Positions 1-15,600 of a stretch of DNA of 64,000 nt are shown in pieces. The stretch lies in assembly GCA_012295275.1 (NCBI GenBank), contig CM022665.1, positions 26,102,001 through 26,166,000 of the forward strand, written 5' to 3'. The position numbers and the translations under genes are program-made. Position 1 is the first letter of the stretch. Each line of letters opens with the position of its first letter. The notes beneath the pieces are model-generated. The model ran no database searches, was not told the origin of the DNA, and saw nothing but the letters and a program-made list of their open reading frames with translations. The DNA is from Chrysomallon squamiferum (Eukaryota; Animalia; Mollusca).

Positions 1-1675
1 TCTATGCACATGTGTGTATGTCATGGTTATTATTTACTTTCGTATATCTCCGTCATATAAACTAATATATGTCAGTTTGTTGACTATCTTCTGTTAATCT
101 CTGATACGTATAAAATGATTGCCTGAGGTCAGAACTATCAAATGAAGCAGTAATGGTTATCATTCCAGAAGTGTTTTTAAACGACATGTGTGTGTGTGTG
201 TGTGTGTGTGTCTGTTTGTCTGTCTGTTTATGTATGTTCAAATAATAAAAAATTTTCGTTTGCTGAGTATTCAGTTTTTTAACTTTCTTTCACTCTATTT
301 CTTATTCTCTCTCTCTTTCTCTTCTCTCTGACTCTCTCTCTATCTCTCTCTGTCTCTCTCTATCTCTTTCTCTTTGTCTCTATCTCTCTCTGTCTCTCTC
401 TCTAAGACTGTCTCTTCTTTTAACATTTTTTCATTTTTATAAAATATAAGCATCATCTTTATTCTGTATGTATGTATGTATGTATGTATGTATGCATATA
501 TATGAACATTTTGTGTCTTTCTCTCAGGATTCTTGACTATCACTAAGTCTTCGTCCAGTCTCAAAATGTTATATCATTTCTTTCTTCTACAAGCTCTCCA
601 TGTCTCTGACAGCAAATAAGTTATCTTGTGAACGTCTACCTCCACTCCTAATCAGCTTCGAGTTACACGTGTGTGTCGTGTTTACATTCACCAGTTTGTT
701 TCAGAATGTAATAATAACTGCCAACACGTTGTGGTAGGCAATATGAACTCGCCGATGTGTTTGATAATGGTGTCGTGATAGGGAACAATGGCGCATCTGC
801 GACTCTCTCAAAATACCAGCGGATTCAACAGCGAGGTGTAAGCTACAGCTGTGTTTTCTGACAGGAGCTTACTTAAAGGTATAATCATTTGTTTTAATGA
901 CGTCGGCGTTAGCTCGAGCTTGGATCTCTGAAAGTATGAGAGCCAAAAGCCATTGTTATGTATCTGCCGACTTGCTAATTCCATAGAATGTTTCCTTTCC
1001 CTTTGATTTGTCTATACATGACCTGTATTTTTATCAAGAAAAAATAACAAAGACTTATAATAACAGATTAGGACTTAATTAAAATATGTATTATTTTGGA
1101 AATGTGATCCTGTTTGGAGATATTTCAAACATAGCTTCATTATTTCGTATTTTTCGCTTCATTCTTTCAAAATCCAAATTAAGTTTTATTTAATTATAAA
1201 AATATATATTTTTATTGGAAATTGGAAATCTTGTTAACTTAAATTAAATATGGTCAACTGCAGTTAATACATTACTATGGTTGATGCTTTTCCATCTCTT
1301 GCAAAGTGCATAAAATATGATCACAGAAAAAGAAATATCCAATTTCATGGCTCTGGTAAATTTATTCTCTGATTGATGCTGCTGCTGTTGTTAATGTTGT
1401 TCATGTGGTTGTTGTTATAATAATAATAATAATTTTATAGTTGTAGTAGAAGCATTGATGTTAGTATTATTTATATTATTTGTTAGTGTTTTTTTTTTCT
1501 TTGTTTCTTTTTTTTTTTTTTTTTTTTTTTTTTTCTTTCATTTTTTCTGGGTTTTTGTTTTGTTTGTTTTTTTGTTTTTTTTCGGACTGATTAACAATTC
1601 ATGTTTAGAAAATATAAACCTCACCATATTAACTAATAAAGAATAAAATATTTAGCATTTTTGTTGTTGTTTGTG

Positions 1676-1706
<31 letters not shown>

Positions 1707-2411
1707 TTTTTTTTTTCCTTCCATCTTAACCGATTTTTTACTTTTAATTCCCGCTTTTATACGTGTGTGTGTGTGGAAAATAAACTACACGTTTAACTTC
1801 AGGATTTCTAATGATTGTTTTAAAAATACATTATTCTTTTAAGTTTAATTCCATATCTCTCTTATTTTCAAAAATTAGTATCTACTCTAACTTCCCGAAA
1901 TTGTTTATATACCGATAAAATAACTTAATAAAAGTAGAAAATAAATAAGCAACACACCGTTACATAAGCCAATCTTCTGCTCTGTTGCTTTTGAGAAAAA
2001 GCAAAAACCTGCGAACTGCGAATACATATTTATGGAGAAAGTACAGAATATTTTTTTTCTTTTTCTTTTATTGATTCCCGATAAATTTGAAAGAAAATTC
2101 CAGTGCTTTGCAATCAGCCGTCACAAATTGAAAAGAGTTCTTTAGGTTGAATCGTAACACACGTGCAGGCCAACTCTTGCGCACACACGTGTTACCAGCT
2201 GCATTTCTTTAAAATCTACCCGCATTGTCGCGACAGCAGATGTATGCAACATTTGAGAAGATTATGTTTTGACTTGACGCTCAAAGGAATTATTTTATAG
2301 ATTTACTTCTAGATTTTTCTGTAGCTTTTTGTAACAAGCACACTGACCTTGATGTGACTTTCAAAATATATTTTTTTCTCTTTCTTCCTGATTGTCAGGA
2401 TTATTCCATTT

Positions 2412-2462
<51 letters not shown>

Positions 2463-2519
2463 TTTTTTCCGGTATTATGAAATTTATTTCATTTATTATT
2501 ATTTTTATCATCATCATCA

Positions 2520-2572
<53 letters not shown>

Positions 2573-3233
2573 TTATTTTATTTTTTTTTTATTATTGTTT
2601 ATTTTTCATTTATATATATATATATACACATATTGAATATTATTAATTTTTCATTTATTTATATTTATATATATATATTGAAATCCTTTATCCATCGCTG
2701 GCTTTCATTAACATTATTTCTCATGTAATTTCGCAAAATGAAGAAAATAAATAACGATCGTTAAAAAGCAATAGTTTTAAATAACGTAGAAAGTGTAATT
2801 TTGTATTTCCACTATCGTGCAACTTTACAACGATATAAAATTAAATTCCTGCAATAATGAAGGAATTCCGACTGTTTGTGACATTTAATAACACAGCTGG
2901 TTATCGCAGTACTGTATTAAGGGGCGAATCGACCATTTTAGAAGAGTGGGTAGTACTGAGATATCGCTACAAGTTTAAAGAGGAATAGAGCTTCATTATA
3001 TAGGAGAAAAATGTCGTTTGACAAAAAATCAAGGGAGGCGTTAGCAAACTGAGATTTCCCGTCCTGTATCCGCCGATAATATTGGTTAACTGTACTATAA
3101 CATTCGCCAAGTATGATAAATAACAGTAAGTAATATCGTTTTATTGCAGTTTGACAATTATTTTTATTACCTCCAGCTGTTGTTACTTATCTAGTCGGTA
3201 TACGGTGGAATGGCCTATTATTCCGTTCTGTTT

Positions 3234-3264
<31 letters not shown>

Positions 3265-3524
3265 TTTGACTGCTTTTTTGTTTGTTTTGGTTTGGGTTTT
3301 TGGATTGTTGCTTTTTTTTTTTTTGGGGGGGGGTGTTGTTTCCATGTTTCTATATTTGATTGTTGGTCTGTTTCTTTCTTTCTTTTTTAATTAAATGTTA
3401 TTGTGCTTTGTTTCGTTTCATTTTGTTTTAATTAGTATATTAATTAATTTTTTTTTATCTTTCGCAATACATGTATTTAACTTTTACTGGATTTTTATTT
3501 TTATTTTTTAATTATTACTTTTTA

Positions 3525-3582
<58 letters not shown>

Positions 3583-3834
3583 TTTTTTCATTTAAATGTA
3601 TTATGATACGATGATATTATTTTCATTTAGACTACTCACTGGTGATAATAAATGGTGGAATTTATGATAATAAATACAACATTCTACCTTCATGCTTCAG
3701 TCAGTGTACTAAGAACAATCCAGACTGAAACAGCTGCAGGCACCTCTCCAATAACCATTACCTGTTTGGTTTATAAATAACTTTCAATAAACTACTATCA
3801 CTATCCGTGATTTCTGGAAGCCCATCCTTTGATT

Positions 3835-3950
3835 GCATCGGGTTTCTTCTTTATTTAAGTGTTCTGTTCTTAATTAAATTATATGACGTCATATGCCAGT
3901 AGAATTAAAACTGGATGAGCGCATCATTAAATAAAATATTTCGTTCTTCT
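3835..3950 (+). mobile_element. Decayed 3' fragment of the tRNA-derived SINE
   Basis: tgacgtcatatg...gagcgcatcattaaataaaatatttcgttctt aligns by eye with the 3' end of the longer copy at 30917-31240 (tgacaccattta...gtgtgtagttaaataaaacttttccttctt). Confidence 0.6.
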
Positions 3951-4041
3951 TTTTATCTAGGAATTTCAAAGAATGCAGACACAAAATAGCGTATGTGAAA
4001 AAGGCTATAATCATACTGATTTTGAATTTGAATGTTCCTTT

Positions 4042-4083
<42 letters not shown>

Positions 4084-4242
4084 TAAGATTGTTAATTAAA
4101 TGGAGATTAATTAATGTCATAAGAAAATGAATGTGGAGCCACCATTAATTTAATTATTATCGTGTGAACCCAAATTAATTTTATTTACATTTTTCTGTAT
4201 AGTGTTATTCATAAAATTTAAATTCAGGGTTGTCTGTCTGTT

Positions 4243-4374
<132 letters not shown>

Positions 4375-4609
4375 TGTTTGTAGAAAGAGAGAGCCAAAGA
4401 ATGGAATATATGTGGTTTTTTCCAGTTCCAAATATGTTATAAAAAGACCTAATTTTTTAAATAAAAGTATAATAATAATAATAAATAAAAAAATAAGTAA
4501 ATAAATGAATTAAACTGTATTTGAGTTACATCGCTGAGAAAAATCGGATAATCTGAATGTCAAGATGAAATCAGATAATTAAAGTAACACATAATACAAT
4601 AAATTAATC

Positions 4610-5150
4610 TCATCGACAATAAGAAAGATAAAACGACAACAATGACGACAATAATAATAACCGCAATAAAAACAATAACTGTAATAATAATAAAAACAGC
4701 AATAACATTATCAGCAACAATAATAATAATAACAATGACAACATAAACATGAACATGAACAACAACAATAACAACAACAACAACAATAATAAAAACAATA
4801 GCTATATAAACTACAACAGTAAAAACTATTATGATAACAAATAATAATGAAGTAAAAACAATAAGAACAACAACAGTAATAACAATTTAAAAGAAAAAAA
4901 CAGTAATAATAGCCATAATAATATTATAAACAATAACAATAACAACAGCAATAATTATTACAATAATAACAAAAACAACAACAGTAATAACAATAAGAAC
5001 AGTAATAAAATCAGTAACAACATAAACTGCAACAACAGCAACAATAACAACTACAGTAATAAAAAGAACAACAACACTGACTATAATAATAAACTTTGAT
5101 AATAAAAATAATGACAGCAACAACTACAGTAACAACAGTAATAACAATTA
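4610..5150. repeat. Degenerate (AAC/AAT)n low-complexity tract
   Basis: About 540 bp of mixed aac/aat/agc/agt triplets, directly visible. Confidence 0.9.
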
Positions 5151-5769
5151 ATCGGTTAAATTTTAATCAGCATTCGCTAAGTACTAATCATAATAAAGCT
5201 TAATATCAAATATCATTCCATTTTATAAATCAACGCAGAAAAAGAGCTCACACCTTTGTCATTTAATGTTAAATTCTATTAAAATATGAATTCGCAGCGA
5301 CAAATGAATAAAATTAAGACCTATCAAATTACTAACTAAATTACACACATTTAGGAAGAGAACTTCAAATAGCTTCTGCAGAATTGATAATTAAGTATTT
5401 AATCATTTCTCAAATCTCCGTCTCTGATACGAAGATTCGGGCGTTCTGGGTGTTTTTCATATTAATGCAAATGGTCGCGCCGGTGCCGTGAAAACAATTG
5501 GCGGATCAAAATAGAATCCTCTGGGATGCAGAGCGGGATAACATGCGACTGTAGCGGTATTAAAATTTCAGCAGGGGACACTCCATGCCGACTGCCGCAG
5601 TTTTGATAACCGTATTAAAATCTGTCTTAAAACAGCTTGGTTTGTTTTCGTAAAATTAAGAATTTTAGGAAATGATTTAGATTAGCACTGTTTATTGCTC
5701 AAAAGAGGTTGCTGGTCATTAACATTTAGAATGCGGATAAAAACCAGGATTGAAAAGATAGAAGAAGAA

Positions 5770-5779
5770 TGTGTGTGTG

Positions 5780-5840
<61 letters not shown>

Positions 5841-6090
5841 GTGTGTTTGTTTCTGTGTTTCTGTGTGTGTGTGTGTATATATGTATATATATATGTGCGT
5901 GTGCATATATGCATATATATGTATATATATTTGTGTGTGTTTAATTATAGATTTTACATATATAGATACGTACATGTAGATAGATAAACATATATATTCA
6001 GACAGACATACAAACATATGAACATACACATCCTTATGCAAACATTCATACATATGCATACATGCATATGTATATACATACATACACACG
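5770..6090. repeat. (GT)n microsatellite grading into degenerate (AT)/(ACAT)n
   Basis: Directly visible. Confidence 0.9.
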
Positions 6091-8973
6091 CATATTTGTG
6101 AATATTTTACAATGCGTTAAAAATGCCATTAGCCCATATTAAGTTATTTTTAAACTAAAATACTTTTGGGAACACAACACTATATCCTCCGTCTCCCTGA
6201 TGTCAGAGATTGTTCATTTATAAGCTTTCAAACAGTCCTCTTTAATTATTGATTATTTACACCACAGTTATAAAATTAAACGCTTGAATACCCCAGGCGT
6301 GTAAAGTAGCGAAGGCTTTATTCAAAGTCGTATTACCAATATTAAAAGCAGAATAAACATAATGACTCTAGGAAGGCTAAATGAACAAAACCATGTTTTT
6401 CTAGTTTCTTGAATATCACAGCTGTATTTCTATTATCTCTATGTAATGAAACCATTTTTAAAAGAATGGATTAAAACAGAATGACAGAAATGAAATAAAT
6501 AGGATGTTCACAGATATAATCTACTGAACGGTTTTTTTTTTTTTTTTATATGTATAAATTATAAACTGAGTGAAATATTTTCAAAACACTGTTGAATAAT
6601 ATCTATTGGAACCTTGATATGTATAATTCAAAACTTCAGTATTTGTTTTTTGGTTTCAAATTTAATAATTCTGCAAGGTATTTTTTTCTTCTACCATTCA
6701 TTTATTTATTCGTTTTTAAAATTTATTTGCTTCATTTATTTATTCGTTTTTAAAATTTATTTAAAGTCATTTTATTTCATTTCTGAAATTTCGATTATAT
6801 AAGGATGGATCTCGCAGGTTTGGTTTATGATATCTCCTCTGTAAATAAAACTGAAGCCTAGAAGCTGAAGCAGTACCCGCAGAGCAGTTTTCTTTGTTCA
6901 AATATGTCAACATTTATTTTTAAAACAGTATGTAGATTGGGGGGGCTTAATTAGATTCAGTGTTTGTCGGAACCCAACAGGGGCCAGCCCATCCCTGCAT
7001 GGTGGATTCCGCCACACTTGAGAAACACACTGGTCCTGTCAAGAACAGCTGTGGCGATCTCTCTCCCATAAAACTTTTCCTGCTGAGTTTAAATTTCCCG
7101 CCCTTGTAGTCTGTCTCACTCGAGCGACTTTCACATTGATTTCTTTGTATTCTTCTGACCCAGGCGCGTGCCAGTCATTAATTTTCATTATAACACAGAA
7201 GCCATAACGTACGAAACGGCTTCCATTCTCTAGTCGTGTTTTTCTGAAGCGAGGGAGCACACAATCGGTGCGGTACTTAACGCGCTTTTGTGGTCGGTGA
7301 AGCGGAATAGCCATTGAAATTCGGGGTCGGTGACCAAAATGAGCCGAAACTTTATATTCTCAAGGGTCTTAGATTTGATGGCCGAGCTTTTCTGCAAGAA
7401 TAACTTTGTTAGTACAACTTGTCCCTAATTCCTTTCTTGGGGAACTAATTGAACTAATAGAAAGGTACATTTGGGAGAAGGCTTCTGCAAACAAATAAAA
7501 TTATTTTATTGATAGAACAGTTTTCATTTCAAACAACAAATTCTCCACGCTTGAGAAGGTCGTGTTTAAAGTGACAGTAGTTAGATATCAGTTCTTCGGC
7601 ATTTCATTTTCTCTTCTCGGTTTATTAATAATTTAGATTAAAAAGAGATTATTTATCAAACAAAATTCTTCTTGCAATAATGATGTATATTTATTATATT
7701 ATTAAGTTTGAAAAAGATACCAAATGCGAATTTATTTATATATACAGTATGTGTGCATTAGATTTTTCAAATTCTTTTGTAAAAAAAATACCTATAATTT
7801 ATTTATTACATTTGTTTGTTTGTTTTTTTGTGGGTTTTTTTTTGTGTTTTGTTGTTGTTGTTGTTGTTGCTGTTGTTGTTTTATTTTTGAGAATGTCTGG
7901 GGATCTAGGGTATTTTCGTAAGATAAAAATTATGTATAATAATAGTTAATAAATTCTAGAATATTCACTCTAAATTTCATTTTTACTAAATTAATTCATA
8001 AAACTTTAATTATATTTCTTTGTTTTAATTCCGAATTTTAGACACATTTCCAATTACATTAACTTTAATTTTATGACATTAAAATCTCATTTTTTAAAAA
8101 CAGATAAATCAATTAAATAATTAAAACTCATCTAACGTTATATCACAGAATTCGTCAATAGAATAATCTCTAAGGCTAGCACTACATGGTGTATTTTAAT
8201 TGGAAACAAATCTGTGTAATATAATTGATTAACTTTTCATCAATTCCGTCGTGTCGCTGATGACCATCTGCAAGAGAGGACGATAGAGAACGGATTCGCA
8301 ATAGGACAGACACACGACATCGTCCGGGGTCAATTGACCATTACCCATGCGCTGACCAAACAACGCATTAATATGAATTTCAGTCCTCGCTAATCATAAT
8401 GATAACATTTCAGACTTCTCGTTGCCTTCCGTGTCATCGCCTGTCTAGAAGTAGTTAGATTCGATGTCGTCTATTCCGACAGGCGCGTACTACAGCTCCA
8501 ACATTTCATACCCTTATTACTGATAGCCCATTGAACCGCCATCTATACATCAGGCACGCGCATTCCGACAAAAATAGCTTAATCTTTTCAGGGAAAATGA
8601 CAGCCATCCGTTCCTCGGTTTGACAGACTGAGACGTATCAACTCTGCTGACCGTGAGCACGTGCATGGTCTTTGTCCATCTTCCATAGAGCACGAGCATA
8701 ATCTGTTGATCTCCTCGTCTGTATATCTGTGTGACTGTCTGACAGCAAGAGCATATATATTAAAATTTTACTACTTCTAAAGTTCATCAATATTAATTTT
8801 TTTAATTTGGAATAGATGATAAAAAATAGTTAAAACACAGAATATCGAAACTCAGCGGTAAAATTAGTTTTAGAGTTATATGCAATTATAAGTGAGAATA
8901 AAAGATGGCGTATTTTTTAGGATGTCTTCCCAAATTAGAAATATGAACCATGTGGAATTTTAAACTTCAGATT

Positions 8974-9004
<31 letters not shown>

Positions 9005-9128
9005 TTATTACATTGGTATTTTTACACACTTTATTTTATGATTCTAAATAATAATAATAATAATATTGTTGTTGTTATAGTTCGTTATCATCATAATTTT
9101 TATTATTATTATTGTTATTATTATTATT

Positions 9129-9175
<47 letters not shown>

Positions 9176-11246
9176 CAATGTTTGGTTATGGATGATAATT
9201 TTTAAAATCTTGAAATGGAAGAGCGTGCCACGTGCGAACAATTGTTCTTCTTTTTTTTCTTTTTTTGAGTGCCATCTTACATTTTACACGTTATCCCGTC
9301 AAGGAATAAAGAAATAAATATTTCTCGCTTTTTGAAGGATTAAAAATAACTTGTAATTCCACTCACTCATTTTTAGCTGTCACAGTTATTTTTATCCCAC
9401 AAGCTTACACATTTCTGAGAATCCTCACAACATGAGTATCGCAATTTAATCCGACAAAGCGCCTTATTAGAATTATGTACAGAGATGAACAGAAAACAAA
9501 ATACTGATAAAAAGAAATAATAATCTATTCTACACTGCGTCAAAGCACAAGCTCGACACGACACAAACTTTTTAAAGACTGTTTCAAAGACAAACGAAAG
9601 TAACAACAGAAGGTATTTTGATTTCATTTAAAGATATATCCGTCAAGTGGCGTATCGTCTTCCGCTTTCGATGAGCGGTCGATGTCACATTTCGAGTCTG
9701 TGCATTCTCGAAAGTTTAATCAAAATATGAATTTTCAATTGTCTACTTGCATACGAACATAAACACTCTCATAAATACACTCGCACAAACAGTCACATAC
9801 ACACACACATACATTCATGTATACATACATACATACACGCATACATACATACATATATACATATATAAATGCAACCATGCATACGTACTTACGTATATGT
9901 AGGAACGTACATAAATATCTACAAATTCACTATTGTCAAATAAATTTATATCATCTTGTTTAATCTTCAAATAAACTGACACAATAAAAGAGAACTCTTT
10001 TAGCAAATTGTTGCTGATTAGATTCTTTAAACACGTCTGCCTCTCTGATCTAGCATTATTTATGTATATTATTATCGACGCTTATTTGTACAGTAACCAC
10101 AGTGTTTTCATACCCGGGAACCGGACAACTTTTTATATAAAAAATTTCTCGACAGATGGCGCTCACAGCTTCCTTTCATGTCCGTCCACGCCTTTCCCAT
10201 AATCACCGGTGCAGCCTTTAATAATCTATCATATTTTACAGTGGCAGAAACTCCCAAGTGGACGTTTGTCTTACAATGGAGACATTACCATTATCGATTT
10301 TCAGTCTTACATTTCTCTTTACTAATTGTAAAACTGGAAGGTGATACCGATAGCGTGGATGGCGTGGTGCGCTGACCCCAATGGAGGAATGTTTTGTGTT
10401 ATTAGTTCGATTATCAGCGCTGTCAATAATATTTGGACACGAGGTTAACAAAGCCGTCTAATCTACAAGACTAGCACTATTTTCGATGTGTCTACAGATG
10501 GTCGGATTTGCCATCACTTCGAGTATTCATTAATCAAAAGGAATAATATTTTTGCACAAGTGAATATCGCGGCGCAACACGAGACCTGTGAAAACAGACA
10601 AGTTATAACAGAAATGGGCGCGAATAGAAATTTTTTCGAAGAAATATTGTTTTAAAATATAATTGATGGAAAATTCTCGTCAGTGCTTTTAATAAAATCT
10701 AATCATTTTGAGATAATTTATTAGCGGGCGATTGCCAGGAAGGGATTGTTGTTATTAATATTATCATCATCATCATCATTATTTATTTATTTATTTATTT
10801 ATTATTATTTTTATTATTATTATTATTATTTCATGTTTTCTTTTTTTAACCTTTGCTTTTGGGATTTGCGAGTTTGCGTTTTCATATAATTATTCACACT
10901 TTTATAGAAAAGATAAAATTAGTTATTTTATGAAACAGGAAAGGTTTTTACACTTAATTAAATATCCCCCCCCCAACAGTATTCAGTTATAAAAATAACA
11001 GGATATGTATTAAAAGACACAAACTCACTGATACATACACACAAAAAGTTTATTATAAAATATACAGGTACATCTAAATTAAAACGCATGGAATTCTGTT
11101 TCAAAATAACAATCGAAAAATATCGGGTTTTTTCTTCAGTTTCTTTCTTAAGTTCAGTCACAAGAGAATAAAAAGATTTCTTTTGTCATTGAAATAAACA
11201 CGGCACGATACAAAATACAAATTTTACATTAATATAGTTAATTCAG

Positions 11247-11299
<53 letters not shown>

Positions 11300-12351
11300 C
11301 GGTACAGAATTTATGGAAAGTGAACAATGGCAACATTTATATAATTTTCAAGAAAAAAGGAGTTTCATTGTAAAATAAATAAATAAATAAATAAATGAAA
11401 TAAAATATAATAAAATAAAATAAAAAACAAAACAAAACAAAAAAACCTCAAAACCCCCAAACATTTATTTAAAATAGAAAATTTGAATACGCCATTCTTC
11501 ACTGAGCCCGTATAATTATGCTCAATCAACTAATCAGCACTATTATTATTAATTAATAATAATAATAATAATAATAACAGCTTTGTTTAGGACAAAAATC
11601 ATAAATTCAGGTACAGAGTGCAACGTTTCTAATTGTTACACTATCAATAAAAGGTTGTACAGAAAATACTAAACAACACGTGAAGAAATTTCAGAGTCTT
11701 CAGAATTGCAAGGTCCAATAATCATCGAGTTTTGCAGACTAACCGAAGTCTAAGCAGTTTTTCTATTATTCATATATATCAATAGTGTGTTAAACATGTG
11801 TACATATAGAAACTGATAACAAGGGTCTCGCCATGCAGTTAAATTCTCGTGGGAAAGTAACGGTATTTATTAATAATTGATACAAACGACCAACCGACCG
11901 TTACAGACTTTCGACAAATGGCGCTAATTACGAGCCAAAAGACAATCAGTGCACGTGCCGCAAAAACCAAATTCCAATTCTATGGCGCGTGGTATGTTTT
12001 CGCCAATTTTCGCGATTTAATTTGTTCGACACGTAGAGGTGTTGGCACCAGTATCGTAATCCTACAGCGAGCGAGACATCACAGAAATGGACTGCTTTGC
12101 GTGTTTGCGTTCCCATGGACCTAGTTGCGCATCAGTTGGATAATCAAATGAACGACCGTTAACCGGTCAGCGCCGATTTGATTAAATCTGTAATGAACGA
12201 GCGATAGAACACTTGATCGTGACATGTCGGGGCGCGCGGGTTGTCCGGCAAGAGCTGAAATATCTCACCAACATGTGTCAAAGAAATAAATTTACAAGCC
12301 TGGGAAAAAAACCATGAGATTTTCAATTTCTTTTTCTTTTTTCTGTTTGCG

Positions 12352-12392
<41 letters not shown>

Positions 12393-12418
12393 CAGGTTAT
12401 TTTCAATCTTCATAATAT

Positions 12419-12456
<38 letters not shown>

Positions 12457-12542
12457 TGATATTCTGAAGGCAGAAAAATCTAATTTATCAGGCATTATAG
12501 TTCAGTATTTTTTAAACACATTTATATTTGACTATGTATATT

Positions 12543-12546
<4 letters not shown>

Positions 12547-12622
<76 letters not shown>
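12547..12622. repeat. (GA)n microsatellite
   Basis: Pure GA run. Confidence 0.95.
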
Positions 12623-12626
<4 letters not shown>

Positions 12627-15600
12627 TTTTATTAACTTTAAAAAAAATTATAAAAAAATAAAATAAAATAAATAAATAAATAACGTCGTTCACAGTAATA
12701 TCAAAGACGAAAATACCAATATTTAAGCTTATTTATATAGTAATACAATTTTAATGTTACATCAATGTTTTCATAGTCTTGCTTCAAAATATTCCGGGAA
12801 AATTTTACCAAATTTAAAAAAAAAATTAAAAAAATATTGGGTTAAGGTGCAGTAATATTCATTACAAACAGAAAGACATACTGTAAAAATTGTGATACTG
12901 TAGAGTCAGATTTCATCTGGTAAGTAATAGTTAGGTAACTCGAAGACCTGGTTCTGTATTACAGGCCAGTTTTCAGATCATTATGCATATATTTAATACC
13001 GCGAAGAAATTTTACATTCAGCGAGACATTTATATTTCAACACAACTGCTTTGAAAAATTAAATAATTATTCATTTTTTAAAAGAAACAAACAAAATATT
13101 TATTTTTTATTTTTTTGTTATTCACGTAATGTTTTAACTTTACTTAACATTTTTAAAAGGATTATAATCATTATTGACAACAACAAATTAAAAAAATAAT
13201 AATTTAAAATGTTTTTTAGGACATATTATTTTAATAAATTTTAAAATACTACAAAAAACAATTATTTATACAGTAATTAGTGTTTGAAATATTTGAATTA
13301 TATATTTTGTTATGTTTTGGGGGTTGTTTTTTGGGTTTTTTTTTTTTTCGTTTTTAAAAAAATTTAATTTTCTAATAATTTTTACGTAGCGTGATATTCC
13401 TATCTGACATCATTATTTCAAATTAGAACGTAGATGGAATTACAAAATTACAGGCGCTCCATTCACTCCATTTATTTTACTGTCCCTGGCTTTTGGAAGG
13501 TTTTTCTTTATGACCCTCATTATATTTTCAAAGTTTCAACACTATAATAGACCCTTTTTTTTTCTTCTTTTTTTTTCCGTTTGACATCCTTTATTCGCTC
13601 CTGGTTGTCTATTCAAGAGAATACTTTGATGACAGTACGTGTATTTAAATTCATCGACGAAACTTAATCCACAAGGGGTAGCGGTTACTACATAATAGCG
13701 CGTGCCATATTGTTGTCAAAAGTTTCACGATGGTGTTTTGTGAAAAATCCTTTTAACAATTTTTAATTTATTTATTTTTTTTTTTTTTTTTTAATGTTTT
13801 TTTTTTTTTTCAAATTAACTTTTATCGTCAATGGTTATAGAATGGGTTAAATTAAATAATAAATAATTAATTTAATATCCAGAACGTCTGTAAATATCAC
13901 CTCCGTTTCCTAATCTCGTTGTTCTTTAGTTTACAGCTGGTAAAATAGATTTAACAAACAGAAATTAAAAGTCAAGCAAATTTTAAAAGTTAACATAATA
14001 TTAGAAACGAAAGAACTGTTTTGTGATTGTAGAAATCTTTATTCAAAAAATAAAAACACGATATATCATGCATTTCTAGCTGTTGTTTATTTTTAACACA
14101 AGATATGAAGTCTATATTAAATGTGTGACTTATCCGTAAAAAGACGAAAGATAATAATGTATTAGTTAACGGATATAAATGGCAAGGGTGCATCCCGAAT
14201 TTCAGAACTGAAAAAGATAATTATATTCCTAGCTGTTATTTTATTCATTATATAATGCATAATCGTATAGTTTATATTCAATGTAGGATTTATAAAAAAA
14301 GAAAAGAAAAGAAGCTTATGTGTTATTTAGTGGAGAAGAGGGCATGGGCGACACTACAGTTTATATACATGTAATATAACGTAATGCATGATTATGCAGC
14401 CTATATTCAGTGTTTGATTTACATTGAAAAAGATGAAAGGTAACGTTATTATACATGCAGAAAATGGGGATACCATCAGCATGTAAGGTCAATATAATTT
14501 TCGAAATAAAAACTAATTTCAGTATAAAGAAAAACAAAACTGATGGGGATGCATGATGTTACATGTTATTTCGTTCTCTTGATTAGCGCATGTTAGATAT
14601 GCTGTCTAGAATTTCAAAAATATTAAAGTATTATGATTTTTATATAAATGATTTTTTATTTCTTTTTTTATGCCAACTTACATCGTTTTGTTTGACCTTT
14701 CTAGTTAAATGAATTTATTTGATTTTTTAATTTAATTATATTTAAAATATACTATTTTGTTATTAATTAATGTATTTTTAAGTTTTATTTTAATTTTATT
14801 TATTTACTTATTATAACACATGTATCGTTATTCTTTCTCATCCCATCATAACTGTACTTTCTCGACAGTTCGTGTTTTCTGTCTTAAATTTTTTTATTAT
14901 TATTAATAGCCATTAACTATCCAGTATCTCTTGATTCGCTAAATATTTAACGAAAAACCACAAAACCTAAACTCCATTATCGCTGTGTCTTTTCTTTTTC
15001 TTCCTTTCCCCCAAAATGTTCGTGTAAATCATGATTTAATTTGCTTGCTATTGTTGAGTGTGAGTGCGTGTGTGTTTTACGTTCTATTCACATCGGTAAT
15101 ATTCTCAGAAACGTAATTTCAATGACATTAATTATGAATATAGCCACGATTATCAAAATACTAGCCACTTTAGTTTAACAAACGTCTGCTTCAAATCGTA
15201 TCTGAAGTACATTTCGCGAACTGTGACTGCTACGAATACCGTAGTTAGTACAATAGAAGCCTATTAAATAATTACAATCCGGATGGGAACAAAGAGATGA
15301 GTCAAAAAAAGTGAACAGAGGGCGCTGCTTGAAGCGAGTAATATGAACCCTCATTATTTGAGATGCTTCGACAACTTTTTTTTTTTTTTTTTTTTCAAAA
15401 CCGTCCTACCCGCATGCGCCTTCTGAGCGTTGTTCGTACAACACAAAGAAGTTACGTTCAAAATAAAGTATTTTCTTTCTATGCAAAAAATCAATATGTA
15501 ACTTGAGGAATTGAAATATCACAAACAAGGAAAGAAGAAAAAAAAAAAAGAAAATATCTTGTGATCCTGATCCGAATAGTGGAATGGGTCAGGACAATAC

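Noticed and set aside
7039-7314. 91-aa minus-strand ORF with normal-looking composition
   Set aside because: No recognisable domain or splice context. The GC-richer island explains the missing stops, and it overlaps a HES site.
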